Notes: generated by a model not told the origin, from the sequence alone. Shown: positions 9,450 through 18,854, counted from the stretch's first letter. The stretch: 64,000 bases of DNA from Dehalococcoidia bacterium (GCA_965215975.1 OZ244136.1:1358418-1422417); one strand, 5' to 3'. Program-made: numbers and translations.

Positions 9450-10072
9450 AGGTTTCTGAGGAACTGGGTCAAGTCGGCGAATGCTGGGCGGTTCCAGGGA
9501 ATGTATCCACGTTGAGCAGCTTCTCCTAACCGCAATTCCGGGTCTTGCCGCGACGCCAAAAAAGCATGGATGCGGGCTTTGTCACCGTCCTTGGGGCCAC
9601 TCCCTGTCCTGTCTTTGACACACTGCAGGAATTCTTCAACACAGGACATGGCCGGTTCGTCGACCAGGGCGGAAAGGCACAACTTCTCTAGGGCGCCGCT
9701 GCTGGCATTGTCGGGCATTATGAAGACGGAAATTTTGGGAGGTCCATCCTCAGGAGTCATAGACCGACTCGGCACAGGCAGTCCAGAGTTCCGTAAGTTG
9801 TTCTGGACGCTTTGCATGGCAGAACGGGCACTTTCGTCAGCGTCCCTTACTATGCCAATGGATTGGACTTGTGGAAAGTCAACGAGGCCTGTTAAGGCCA
9901 GCAGGTAACTGCGCAGATTGTCCTTTCCTTCGTAATCCCTGACCTGTATGTCACCAGCTTGGAGTCGTCTTAAAAAGGCGCTGAAGAAAAGTACCTCCTC
10001 TCGTCCTTCAACAAGTAATTGCCTGCTGCTCTGGACGGTAGGCATTTCCCGTGATTGGCCCCACTGCACCAT
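9446..10072 (-). CDS. Small Toprim-like protein (DUF3226/DUF4276-like), partner of the upstream ATPase
   Basis: LLVEGREE near the N-terminus (Toprim-type conserved Glu) and GIVRDADES (DxD-like acidic cluster). The start ATG shares one base with the ATPase TAA (TAATG at 10070-10074). Confidence 0.6.
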   Translation of the reverse strand: MVQWGQSREMPTVQSSRQLLVEGREEVLFFSAFLRRLQAGDIQVRDYEGKDNLRSYLLALTGLVDFPQVQSIGIVRDADESARSAMQSVQNNLRNSGLPVPSRSMTPEDGPPKISVFIMPDNASSGALEKLCLSALVDEPAMSCVEEFLQCVKDRTGSGPKDGDKARIHAFLASRQDPELRLGEAAQRGYIPWNRPAFADLTQFLRNL

Positions 10073-11172
10073 TAGATTACGTCCATATTGAACTTGTACG
10101 CGGCCCCAATACGTTCCTTGTCAAACTTCACCGACCTGTACTTGCCTTCCCCGTTTCGCTCAATGCGGAACAGCCGCAGTTCATCCTCTTCTTCTGATTC
10201 AAAGGCCCGGTGCGCCGCCCCAATGCACTCGTAGCTGTGGGTAGTGGCAAACAACTGCACGTCATAGCTGCGGGCAAATATGCCGACGGCCTTCCAAACT
10301 CTTTCCATTACCGAGTGGTGGATGCCGTTTTCTATCTCGTCCACCAGCGTCATCCCGCCTGGGCAGGTGGCTATGGCCAATGACAATGAAAGTATCCGAG
10401 ACATGCCATCGCCCAGAAGTTGAATAGGGATTAGTCTTCCCATCCCAACATCGGCATAGATGCTTGGAGCTTGTCTGGCGGAAATTACCGCCAGCCTGGA
10501 CAGTTGCGGTTCAATGCTTTGCAAGATTTCCAGAACGCCTTCTTGTTGACCATTGATTTCCAACTGACTGTACCGCGCAGCGTCCTCAGAGCTACTCATG
10601 GTATTTCTGGCGGCCAGAAAAATGCTGTTTTCGTGATGGGGGCGAAGTTGCTGAGTCTTCTCCATTCCAAGGGCAGATACCCCCGGTCCGACGACACGTT
10701 CGACTAGCCAGCCGCTAGAAGCCAATTGCTCTCCTGAATCGTGAAGGTATTCAAATGCTAACTGATTGCTATATTGGCCAACCACCGAAGAACTTTGTCG
10801 CAAGCCAAGTTGTTCCTGACCAGTAGCGGGCAAGGGAACTTGAAACGTTGGCCTGTCTTTAAGAGTAATCTTTAGCCTGCGCTCGCTAGACCCCCAATTT
10901 CCCTTTGAAGACAGTTCTATCACTGAGGAACGGTCAAACCCTCGGAACAAATCTCCCATGAAAGTGTCTATGTCGCCTGTATCAATGCCTCTGAATGCTC
11001 CCACACGAGCACATAACTCAGGGTTCACTGCCCCGTGGTGTACCCACAACGCCTCCAGCAGCGCCGTCTTTCCCACGTTGTTTTTGCCGGCAATCAGGTT
11101 TATTCGGCCAATGCCTTCCACGGTCAACTCGTCAAAGCACCGGAAGTTCTTGATGCTGAAGCTGCGGTACAT
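10072..11172 (-). CDS. ABC-type AAA ATPase (AAA_21/AAA_15-like, OLD/PARIS AriA-like)
   Basis: MYRSFSIKNFRCFDEL N-terminus, Walker A GKNNVGKT, signature-like LGDGMSRIL, Walker B MTLVDEIENGIH, H-loop TTHS. RBS AGGAGCGGAG upstream. Confidence 0.8.
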   Translation of the reverse strand: MYRSFSIKNFRCFDELTVEGIGRINLIAGKNNVGKTALLEALWVHHGAVNPELCARVGAFRGIDTGDIDTFMGDLFRGFDRSSVIELSSKGNWGSSERRLKITLKDRPTFQVPLPATGQEQLGLRQSSSVVGQYSNQLAFEYLHDSGEQLASSGWLVERVVGPGVSALGMEKTQQLRPHHENSIFLAARNTMSSSEDAARYSQLEINGQQEGVLEILQSIEPQLSRLAVISARQAPSIYADVGMGRLIPIQLLGDGMSRILSLSLAIATCPGGMTLVDEIENGIHHSVMERVWKAVGIFARSYDVQLFATTHSYECIGAAHRAFESEEEDELRLFRIERNGEGKYRSVKFDKERIGAAYKFNMDVI

Positions 11173-11382
11173 AATCTCCGCTCCTAACCCCTTGGCCAGC
11201 TATTGTGGTTGATTCCTGGAGCGCCTGAATTTCTGACCATAGTTTAACATTGTGGACATTTCCCCCAATAGACGCCCCCCCGCCGCAATGGTATATTTTC
11301 GTTACCACATTACGAATCAGGGCCAAGCCGTAACGGATTCAATTAACCCCATTTGCAATCAGCTGTACCAGGGAGAGTTTTT

Positions 11383-14088
11383 ATGACCTCCAGCGCCCCC
11401 GCCGACATACCCCGGGCCTATGACCCTGCCTCCGTGGAGCAGCGTACCTACCAGCAGTGGCTCGACAACGGCTACTTTACACCTGAAATACGCCCGGGCC
11501 GCCAGCCCTTTGTCATCATCATGCCGCCCCCCAACGTCACCGGCGAACTGCACCTGGGCCACGCCCTCACCGCTTCCATCGAGGACGCCCTGACCCGCTG
11601 GCGCCGGATGTGCGGCTACGATACCCTGTGGCTCCCCGGAAAGGACCACGCCGGCATTGCAACCCAGTGGGTAGTTGAGCGACTGCTGGCGGAGGAGGGC
11701 ACCAACCGCCACGAACTGGGCCGCGAGAAATTTCAGGAACGGGTATGGGAGTGGGTCGCCCGCTACGGCAACACCATCGACGAGCAGCACAAGCGCCTGG
11801 GCACCTCCTGCGACTGGTCCCGCCTCCGTTTCACCCTGGACCCCGGTCCTGCCAAAGCGGTGCGCACCACCTTTGTCAACCTGTACAAAAAGGGCCTGAT
11901 CTACCGCCACGAGCGCATCATTAACTGGTGCCCCCGCTGCGCCACCGCCCTGTCCGACCTGGAAGTGGAATACCAGGAACAGGACGGCAAGCTTTACTAC
12001 ATCCGCTACCCCCTGGCTGACGGCAGCGGCCACATTACCGTCGCCACCACCCGCCCCGAGTCCATGCTGGGTGATACCGGCGTGGCGGTGCACCCCGAGG
12101 ACCCCCGCTACGCCGCCCACGTCGGCCAGCAGGCCATGCTGCCTATCATGGACCGGTCCATCCCCATCGTTGGCGACGAGGCAATTGAGCAGGAGTTCGG
12201 CACCGGCGCCCTGAAGGTAACCCCCGGCCACGATGTAACCGACTTCGAGATCGGCGAGCGCCACGGGCTGGAAATCATCAACGTCATCGGCTTTGACGGC
12301 AACATGACTGACCTGGCCGGCAAGTACGAGGGCATGGAGCGGTTCGACACCCGCCGCGCCGTGGCCGAGGAACTGGACGGCCTGGGCCTTCTGGAAAAGG
12401 TGGAGGACTACCGCCACTCGGTGGGCCATTGCCAGCGCTGCGACTCGGTGGTCGAACCCCTGATCAGCCTGCAGTGGTTCCTGAATGTGGGCAGCCACCG
12501 GGACCCCGACAGCATCGCCGGCCGCGCCCACGCCGCCGTGGCAAACGGCGACATCAGCATCGTCCCCGACCGCTTCGGGCGGGTCTACCTCAACTGGCTG
12601 GAGAACATCCGCGACTGGTGCATCAGCCGGCAGCTTTGGTGGGGCCACCGCATACCCGTCTGGTACTGCGACGAATGCAACGAAATCATCGCTTCGGTGG
12701 ACGACCCCAACGCCTGCCCCACCTGCAACTCCGAGGGACTGCGACAGGATGAGGACGTGCTGGACACCTGGTTCAGTTCCGGCCTCTGGCCCCATTCCAC
12801 CCTGGGCTGGCCCGACAATACCGAGGACTTTAACTACTTCTATCCCACGGCCGTCATGGAAACGGGGTACGACATCCTCTTCTTCTGGGTGGCCCGCATG
12901 ATCATGATGGGCATCGAGAATACCGGAGATATTCCCTTCCGCACCGTGTACCTCCACGGCCTGATTCGCGACGCCAACGGCGACAAGATGAGCAAGACCC
13001 GGGGCAATACCATGGACCCCCTGGAACTCATCGACCGCTACGGCACCGACGCCCTCCGCTTTGCCCTGTCCACCGGCACCGCCCCGGGCAACGACCTGCG
13101 CATCACCGAAGGCAAGCTGGAGGCGGCCCGCAACTTCGCCAACAAAGTGTGGAACGCCGCGCGCTTCGTCATCACCTCTTTTGAAGAACAGTCGCAGGGA
13201 CAGGACGACCTGGCCGGCTGGCGCGAACTGCCCAACCTGGAGCACCGGGAAGACCGCTGGATAATCAGCCTGCTGGACCGCGTCACTGCCGACGTCAACA
13301 ACTCCCTGTCCACCTTTGAACTGGGCGAAGCCCAGCAAAAGCTCTACGATTTCATCTGGAATGATTTCTGCGACTGGTACATCGAGATGGCCAAGGTTCG
13401 CATGCGTTCCGGCGCTGGTCCCTCTCCCCGGCCAGTGCTGGCCCACGTCCTGGAGCGAACCCTGCGCCTGCTGCATCCCTTCATGCCCTTCATCACCGAG
13501 GAAATCTGGCGGAACCTTACCTCCCGCCTGCCCGAAGAGGGTGTCTTGGCCTCCTCCATCATGATTGCCGACTACCCCGTGGCCGAGTCCCCTCGCCACG
13601 ACCGGCAGGCAGAGGAGGAAATCTCCCTGGTGATGCAGACCATCCGGGCCGTCCGCAACACCCGCGCCCAGTTGCGGATCCCCGCCAACCAGCGGCTGGA
13701 GGCCCAAGTGGAGGCCAACGGTCTCCGAGGGGCGATGGAAGAGGAGGCCGAGGTAATCCGCACCCTGTCTAGGGTGGAACCCCTCAGCATAACTGCTGGC
13801 GCTCCGGATGCCGCCGACCAGACCCGGGGCGTCACCCTGGTGGTCAATCCCCTGGTGGTCCGCCTGCCCCTGGAGGGTGTGGTGGATCTGGCCGCCGAGC
13901 AGGGCCGCCTGCAGGAAGAGTTGGCCAACTGTCAGCGGGAACTGGAGCGCAAAGAGAAGCTGGTCAACAACCCCAACTTCCGTGCCAAGGCCCGCCCCGA
14001 CGTGGTGGAAACCGAAGAAGACCGCCTCCGCAACCTCCAGGAACAACAACAGCGCCTGGGCGAAATTATTGCCCAGCTAGGGGTCTAA
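11383..14088 (+). CDS. valS: Valine--tRNA ligase
   Basis: Class I HIGH motif (GELHLGHAL), KMSKS motif (DKMSKTRGN), C-terminal coiled coil. The ATG at 11383 follows GGGAGAG; the TTG at 11353 is less likely. Confidence 0.95.
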   Translation: MTSSAPADIPRAYDPASVEQRTYQQWLDNGYFTPEIRPGRQPFVIIMPPPNVTGELHLGHALTASIEDALTRWRRMCGYDTLWLPGKDHAGIATQWVVERLLAEEGTNRHELGREKFQERVWEWVARYGNTIDEQHKRLGTSCDWSRLRFTLDPGPAKAVRTTFVNLYKKGLIYRHERIINWCPRCATALSDLEVEYQEQDGKLYYIRYPLADGSGHITVATTRPESMLGDTGVAVHPEDPRYAAHVGQQAMLPIMDRSIPIVGDEAIEQEFGTGALKVTPGHDVTDFEIGERHGLEIINVIGFDGNMTDLAGKYEGMERFDTRRAVAEELDGLGLLEKVEDYRHSVGHCQRCDSVVEPLISLQWFLNVGSHRDPDSIAGRAHAAVANGDISIVPDRFGRVYLNWLENIRDWCISRQLWWGHRIPVWYCDECNEIIASVDDPNACPTCNSEGLRQDEDVLDTWFSSGLWPHSTLGWPDNTEDFNYFYPTAVMETGYDILFFWVARMIMMGIENTGDIPFRTVYLHGLIRDANGDKMSKTRGNTMDPLELIDRYGTDALRFALSTGTAPGNDLRITEGKLEAARNFANKVWNAARFVITSFEEQSQGQDDLAGWRELPNLEHREDRWIISLLDRVTADVNNSLSTFELGEAQQKLYDFIWNDFCDWYIEMAKVRMRSGAGPSPRPVLAHVLERTLRLLHPFMPFITEEIWRNLTSRLPEEGVLASSIMIADYPVAESPRHDRQAEEEISLVMQTIRAVRNTRAQLRIPANQRLEAQVEANGLRGAMEEEAEVIRTLSRVEPLSITAGAPDAADQTRGVTLVVNPLVVRLPLEGVVDLAAEQGRLQEELANCQRELERKEKLVNNPNFRAKARPDVVETEEDRLRNLQEQQQRLGEIIAQLGV

Positions 14089-14274
14089 AGGCTTTTCCAA
14101 TCCACGAATGGTCACTTATAGACCTTCAGTGTCGACGGGCCTGGCAAGCTTCGAGGTTGAAGCGAAAGCCGGGCCCCTATAGTTCTCAAGCCGCCATCCT
14201 TGTGGCAAGCTGACTGAAATGATCGGAACGGCAGGGTAGAGTGGTTCGGCGAAGACTCGTCTACCATTGTCCGT

Positions 14275-14688
14275 TTAGTAATATTCAGGATTCTCAACCC
14301 ATTCCTCTTCGTCCTCGTCTTCATCAATTTCCTCTCCTGCCGCCAGCTTGTCAGCCAGCCATGCCGCCGTAATGATTGCCTCGGGGTACTCTCCGTTATC
14401 CAGTAACTCGGTCACGATATCGCAATCGGCTACGTAGAGGGCTATGTCCATGTCCCCGGCATAGCGTTCGAGTGCAGCCTCGAAAGCCCACATACCGGCC
14501 AACCGGCGGAGCTCATCCTCCTTGCTCTTTGTCCCGGGGCAGACGGTGGGTTCGTCAACAAATGGCGAGTGCGGGGCATCGTACACGTTCCAATCCATGC
14601 CATACCTGGCTGTGACTTCGGCTGAATCCTTCCTGTAAGCATCCTTTTTGGCTTCTGAATTGTGCTTGCGGTCTTTCTTGTGTCCCAT
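14275..14688 (-). CDS. Hypothetical protein with basic N-terminus and strongly acidic C-terminus
   Basis: 137-aa ORF in a low-GC intergenic island (27/60 G+C in nt 14281-14340). Ends ...GEEIDEDEDEEEWVENPEYY. No family recognised. Confidence 0.4.
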   Translation of the reverse strand: MGHKKDRKHNSEAKKDAYRKDSAEVTARYGMDWNVYDAPHSPFVDEPTVCPGTKSKEDELRRLAGMWAFEAALERYAGDMDIALYVADCDIVTELLDNGEYPEAIITAAWLADKLAAGEEIDEDEDEEEWVENPEYY

Positions 14689-14977
14689 TACCTTGACCTC
14701 CTGTGAAGCAATTCTGGGGCAAACAAAGAGGTTCTTCTCCCCTTGGCCCTATGGCAGTGCCAGGAGACAAGCGGCGGCTCTTCGATTGCTGTTGACACTG
14801 TATTACCTGTGCGAAGAGCAATTGTTGGGCATTTCAGCAACTTTCTTGTTCTCTTAATGCCCCTTCAGAAAGAGTGCTCATCGTCTATCAGACTCTGTCC
14901 TTTATTTGGCTGGAAGGTAGTGCAATAATGGGACATTGCATACAGCCGGACACTCACCTTATTTGGGAAGCAAATTA

Positions 14978-15832
14978 ATGAACACTGCTCTCGGCATCAT
15001 CGGCTACCCCATTGGCCACTCCATGTCGCCCGTGTTTCAGCAGGCGGCGCTGAACGCCTGCGGCGTTGATGCCCAATACGTGGCCTACCAGGTGCCCCCC
15101 GGCGAGGTGGGCGAGTTCGTCAACGGATTGCGCCAGCCCGGAATAATGGGCATTAACGTAACTGTCCCTCACAAAGAGGCGGTCATACCATTCCTGGACG
15201 AGATTGACGACTGGGCCACCGAGGCCGGCGCCGTCAACACCATCGTCAACCGGCAGGGGCGCCTCACCGGCCACAACACCGACGGCTACGGCTTCCTGCG
15301 GGCCTTGAGGGAAGGTGCCGACTTTGAGCCTCAGGGCCGCCGTACCCTTATCCTGGGGGCTGGCGGCGCGGCCCGGGGCGTGGTACTGGCCCTGGCCCGC
15401 GAGGGGGTCGGCGACCTCACCATCGCCAACCGCACCCCGGAGCGGGCGGAAAGCCTGGCCCAACTGGCCCGGGGTCGGGGCATAACGGCCGAGGCCATTC
15501 CCCTATCCGGCCCGGACTTGGCCCAGGCATCGGCCACTGCCGAACTAATCGTCAACTGCACCACCATCGGCATGACCCATGGCCCCGGTGAGGACGAGAC
15601 ACCCCTGCCCGGCGCTGCCATCCCCTCTACGTCCTTGGTCTATGACCTGGTGTATAATCCCCTCGAAACCCGGCTGCTGCGCGAGGCGGCCCAGGCCGGT
15701 GCGAAAACCTTGGGAGGCATCCAGATGCTGGTATACCAGGGCGCCGCGTCCTTCGAAATGTGGTTGGAACGGCCTGCGCCGGTGCCGGTAATGCTGGAAG
15801 CGGCAACCCAAGCCATGCAATCCAGAAGCTGA
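14978..15832 (+). CDS. aroE: Shikimate dehydrogenase
   Basis: GIIGYPIGHSMSPVFQ, NVTVPHKE, GHNTDGYGF and GAGGAARGV motifs. The ATG at 14978 gives the canonical N-terminus. Confidence 0.9.
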   Translation: MNTALGIIGYPIGHSMSPVFQQAALNACGVDAQYVAYQVPPGEVGEFVNGLRQPGIMGINVTVPHKEAVIPFLDEIDDWATEAGAVNTIVNRQGRLTGHNTDGYGFLRALREGADFEPQGRRTLILGAGGAARGVVLALAREGVGDLTIANRTPERAESLAQLARGRGITAEAIPLSGPDLAQASATAELIVNCTTIGMTHGPGEDETPLPGAAIPSTSLVYDLVYNPLETRLLREAAQAGAKTLGGIQMLVYQGAASFEMWLERPAPVPVMLEAATQAMQSRS

Positions 15833-15927
15833 GGAACGGGCTATCTTTCCTGGTTATTCGGCTGCCTCTGCGAACTTGAACCGCAGAGGCCTAATTTTAC
15901 TCAAAGACAGTGAAGAGGTAATTGAAG

Positions 15928-17118
15928 ATGATTCGGTGGTTTACGGCAGGCGAGTCCCACGGCCAGGGCCTGATGATAATCATGGAGGGCGTCCCCGCGG
16001 CCCTGCCCATCAGCGAGGAGTACATCGGCACCCAGTTGGCCCGACGGCAACGCGGCTACGGTCGGGGTGGCCGCCAGCTAATTGAGCAGGACTGGGCCCA
16101 CATCATGACCGGTGTCCGCCATGGCCTCACCCTGGGCAGTCCCATCGGGATGACCGTTGAGAACAAGGACTGGGCCAACTGGACCGAGGCCATGGCCGTC
16201 GAATACATCGAAAATCCCTCCCAGGAAGGCCGCAACCGCCGCGTAACCCGCATCCGCCCCGGCCACGCCGACCTGCCCGGCACCATGAAGTACGGCTTCT
16301 CCGATGTCCGCAACGTGCTGGAGCGGTCCAGCGCCCGTGAGACCGCCGCCAGGGTAGCTGCCGGCGCCATCGCCATGCGTCTCCTGGAAGAGTTCGGCAT
16401 CAAGTTTCACAGCCACGTCATTTCCATCGGCGGGGTGTGGGCCAACACGCCCGACACCCACGATGCCATAGACTGGGACGCCGTGGAAGAGTCGCCGGTG
16501 CGCTGCGCCGACCCCGAAGCCGCCCAGAAGATGGTTGCCGAGATTGACGCAGCCCGGGACGCCGGCGATACCGTGGGGGGCACCGTTGAAGTCATAGCCG
16601 AAAACGTCCCCATCGGCCTCGGCTCCCATGCCCACTGGGACCGGAAGATTGACGGGCTCATCGCCCAGGCCCTCATGTCCATAAACGCGGTGAAGGACGT
16701 ATCCATCGGCCCCGGCTGGGAGGTTGTCAACAAGCGCGGTTCCGAGGTCCACGATGTTATCGAGCCGGTAACCGACCCCGACAACCCCTGGCAGCGCAAG
16801 ACCAACCGGGCCGGCGGCACCGAGGGCGGCATGACCGACGGCATGCCCCTGGTTGCCCGCTTCGGCATCAAGCCCATCGCCACCCTGCACAACCCCCTGC
16901 CCTCGGTGGACCTGGACACCGGCGAACCGGTGCAGGCCCACTTCGAACGCTCCGACGTCTGCCAGGCGCCCCCGGCCGGTGTAATCGGCGAGGCCATGGT
17001 GGCCCTGGTGCTGGCCGCCGCCTTCATGGAAAAGTTCGGCGGCGACTCCATCCCCGAAACCCGCCGCAACTACGAGGGGTATATGAAGACTGTGGGGCCG
17101 AGGAAGATTTATAGGTAG
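15928..17118 (+). CDS. aroC: Chorismate synthase
   Basis: MIRWFTAGESHGQGL, RPGHADL and GGTEGGMTDG motifs. Adjacent to aroE. Confidence 0.93.
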   Translation: MIRWFTAGESHGQGLMIIMEGVPAALPISEEYIGTQLARRQRGYGRGGRQLIEQDWAHIMTGVRHGLTLGSPIGMTVENKDWANWTEAMAVEYIENPSQEGRNRRVTRIRPGHADLPGTMKYGFSDVRNVLERSSARETAARVAAGAIAMRLLEEFGIKFHSHVISIGGVWANTPDTHDAIDWDAVEESPVRCADPEAAQKMVAEIDAARDAGDTVGGTVEVIAENVPIGLGSHAHWDRKIDGLIAQALMSINAVKDVSIGPGWEVVNKRGSEVHDVIEPVTDPDNPWQRKTNRAGGTEGGMTDGMPLVARFGIKPIATLHNPLPSVDLDTGEPVQAHFERSDVCQAPPAGVIGEAMVALVLAAAFMEKFGGDSIPETRRNYEGYMKTVGPRKIYR

Positions 17119-17152
17119 CGGTTGTACCCTACGGAGACGCGGAGAGGCTGGT

Positions 17153-18250
17153 ATGGCAATTTACAAGATGGTGGGTGACAAGGAGCGGCTGGAAGAAGTA
17201 GCACCAACTTCTTTTGGACACGAGGGGATTTTGGGGCGTACAGACCTACAGCGCATTCTTCGTGACCAGCCGGAAGTGTTGGAAGAAGGCCTATTTATTC
17301 TTTCAGAGGAGTTCTCCGGCTGGCACGGCTCAGGACGGAAAATCGACTTGCTGAGCTTGGACTCAAGCGGTCGTCTTGTAGTAATTGAGCTAAAGCGAAC
17401 TGCGACTGCCGACCACGCTGAGCTACAGGCTCTCCGGTACGCCGCCATGGTGTCCGTACTTACTTCCGAGGATATTGTTGAAGCCCACCGAGCCTATTTG
17501 AACAAGTGGGGCATGGAGGGAGATGCTGAAGAACGCATCCAGAAGCACTTGTCGGGTACCGATTTTGACGAGATTTATACCGAAACGCCCCGCATCGTAC
17601 TGGTGTCAGAAGGGTTCTCCAAAGAGTTAACCACCTGTGTCCTGTGGTTGAATGAAACCGGTCTTGATATTACTTGTGTGCAGTTGCGGCCCTATCTTAA
17701 TGGCTCGGAGTTGCTCCTCGAATCCAGTCAGGTGATTCCAGTACCAGGAACAGAGGAACTGTTGGTGCAAGCTCAAGGGAAAAGGAGCGAAACAAGGGAA
17801 CAACGTTCTTCTCCGAGCAAACCTGTTCCGGGTGGTGAGGTCTTCGAGGAACATATTCAGGACGCCAGTCCAGAGTTTCAACCAGAATTGGAACGCCTCT
17901 ACAGTTGGGCAGTTAGCTTGAGGGATAACGAGTTGGCGACCCTCGTATCCAATCGAGGAAAGTCCCGTACTACATTAGGCGTAATCGTTTTGGGTAAAGG
18001 AAGGAGAGTGACAATCTGGAATGATCCCAGTGGTCCCTCGATTACTTTTGACCGGAGCATGTTTGAGGAACTTGCTCCTAAAGCATCGAAATTGTTGGAT
18101 CGGCAGTTGGATCGTGAAAACTCACGTCTGAGTGGCCTTGGCAATGTTTATGTAAAGAGTCCTATATCTGGCGAACTCCTGGCCGCCCTCACCGAAGCCT
18201 ACCGCGAAGCCAACGGCCTCCTTGCGGACAACGAGCAGCCCGAGGCCTAG
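17153..18250 (+). CDS. NucS/DUF91-like PD-(D/E)xK nuclease-domain protein with an uncharacterised C-terminal half
   Basis: GRKIDLLSLDSSGRLVVIELKR (D...ExK) followed by LQALRYAAMV (QxxxY-like), as in RecB/NucS-type nuclease cores. Lower GC than neighbours (28/60 in nt 17941-18000). Confidence 0.6.
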   Translation: MAIYKMVGDKERLEEVAPTSFGHEGILGRTDLQRILRDQPEVLEEGLFILSEEFSGWHGSGRKIDLLSLDSSGRLVVIELKRTATADHAELQALRYAAMVSVLTSEDIVEAHRAYLNKWGMEGDAEERIQKHLSGTDFDEIYTETPRIVLVSEGFSKELTTCVLWLNETGLDITCVQLRPYLNGSELLLESSQVIPVPGTEELLVQAQGKRSETREQRSSPSKPVPGGEVFEEHIQDASPEFQPELERLYSWAVSLRDNELATLVSNRGKSRTTLGVIVLGKGRRVTIWNDPSGPSITFDRSMFEELAPKASKLLDRQLDRENSRLSGLGNVYVKSPISGELLAALTEAYREANGLLADNEQPEA

Positions 18251-18297
18251 CAGGGGCATGTGTTAAAATACCCCCAAACCATATCCAGGAAACTTCT

Positions 18298-18843
18298 ATG
18301 ACTCTGCCTCTGAATACAGCTCCCGGTCCCTTACCCGACGAAGAATCGGAACGCCACGCCATGATAAGCCACGATTTTCTGGTCAAGGCGCGGCAAGAAC
18401 TGGAGAATGGCGACCTGCTCCAGGCCTCTGAAAAGGCTTGGGGCACTACCGCCCACGCCATCAAGGCCGTCGCCGAAAAGCGTCGGTGGTTCAGCGAGGC
18501 CGATTGGAAGTTGCGAAGGGCAGTTTTAATAGTAGAGGACGAGCTTGGTGATCCCTCTATTATGGGTTCTTATTCAGTGGCTCGAGTGGCCCATTTTAAC
18601 TTCTATCTTCACGAGTACACTGCACGTGAAGTCGAACGTGCTATTGAAGCGGCGGAAGACTTCATTGCTCGATTAGAACCAGTTCTGGCGTCTGACTATG
18701 TTTCGCCCTTTGTCAGCGATTCAGTAGAAGCCAGTATTCGTTCCCTGGAACAGCCAACCAGTGACCCCGATCGGGACAGGCTGGATAACGGGCGCCCACC
18801 TATGGAACAACGCCCTCCCGCCGTTGCCCCACAGCAGACATAA
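18298..18843 (+). CDS. PaREP1-like helical protein
   Basis: FLVKARQELENGDLLQASEKAWGTTAHAIKAVAEKRRW...VAHFNFYLHEY resembles the archaeal PaREP1/PaREP8 family as I recall it. Lies 47 nt downstream of the NucS-like gene. Confidence 0.5.
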   Translation: MTLPLNTAPGPLPDEESERHAMISHDFLVKARQELENGDLLQASEKAWGTTAHAIKAVAEKRRWFSEADWKLRRAVLIVEDELGDPSIMGSYSVARVAHFNFYLHEYTAREVERAIEAAEDFIARLEPVLASDYVSPFVSDSVEASIRSLEQPTSDPDRDRLDNGRPPMEQRPPAVAPQQT

Positions 18844-18854
18844 GGACCACCACC

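Noticed and set aside
11359-14049. 896-aa ORF antisense to valS
   Set aside because: It is a shadow frame typical of high-GC DNA. The translation is Gly/Ala/Val/His/Asp-rich low complexity with no motifs, whereas the sense strand encodes a complete ValRS with HIGH and KMSKS motifs.
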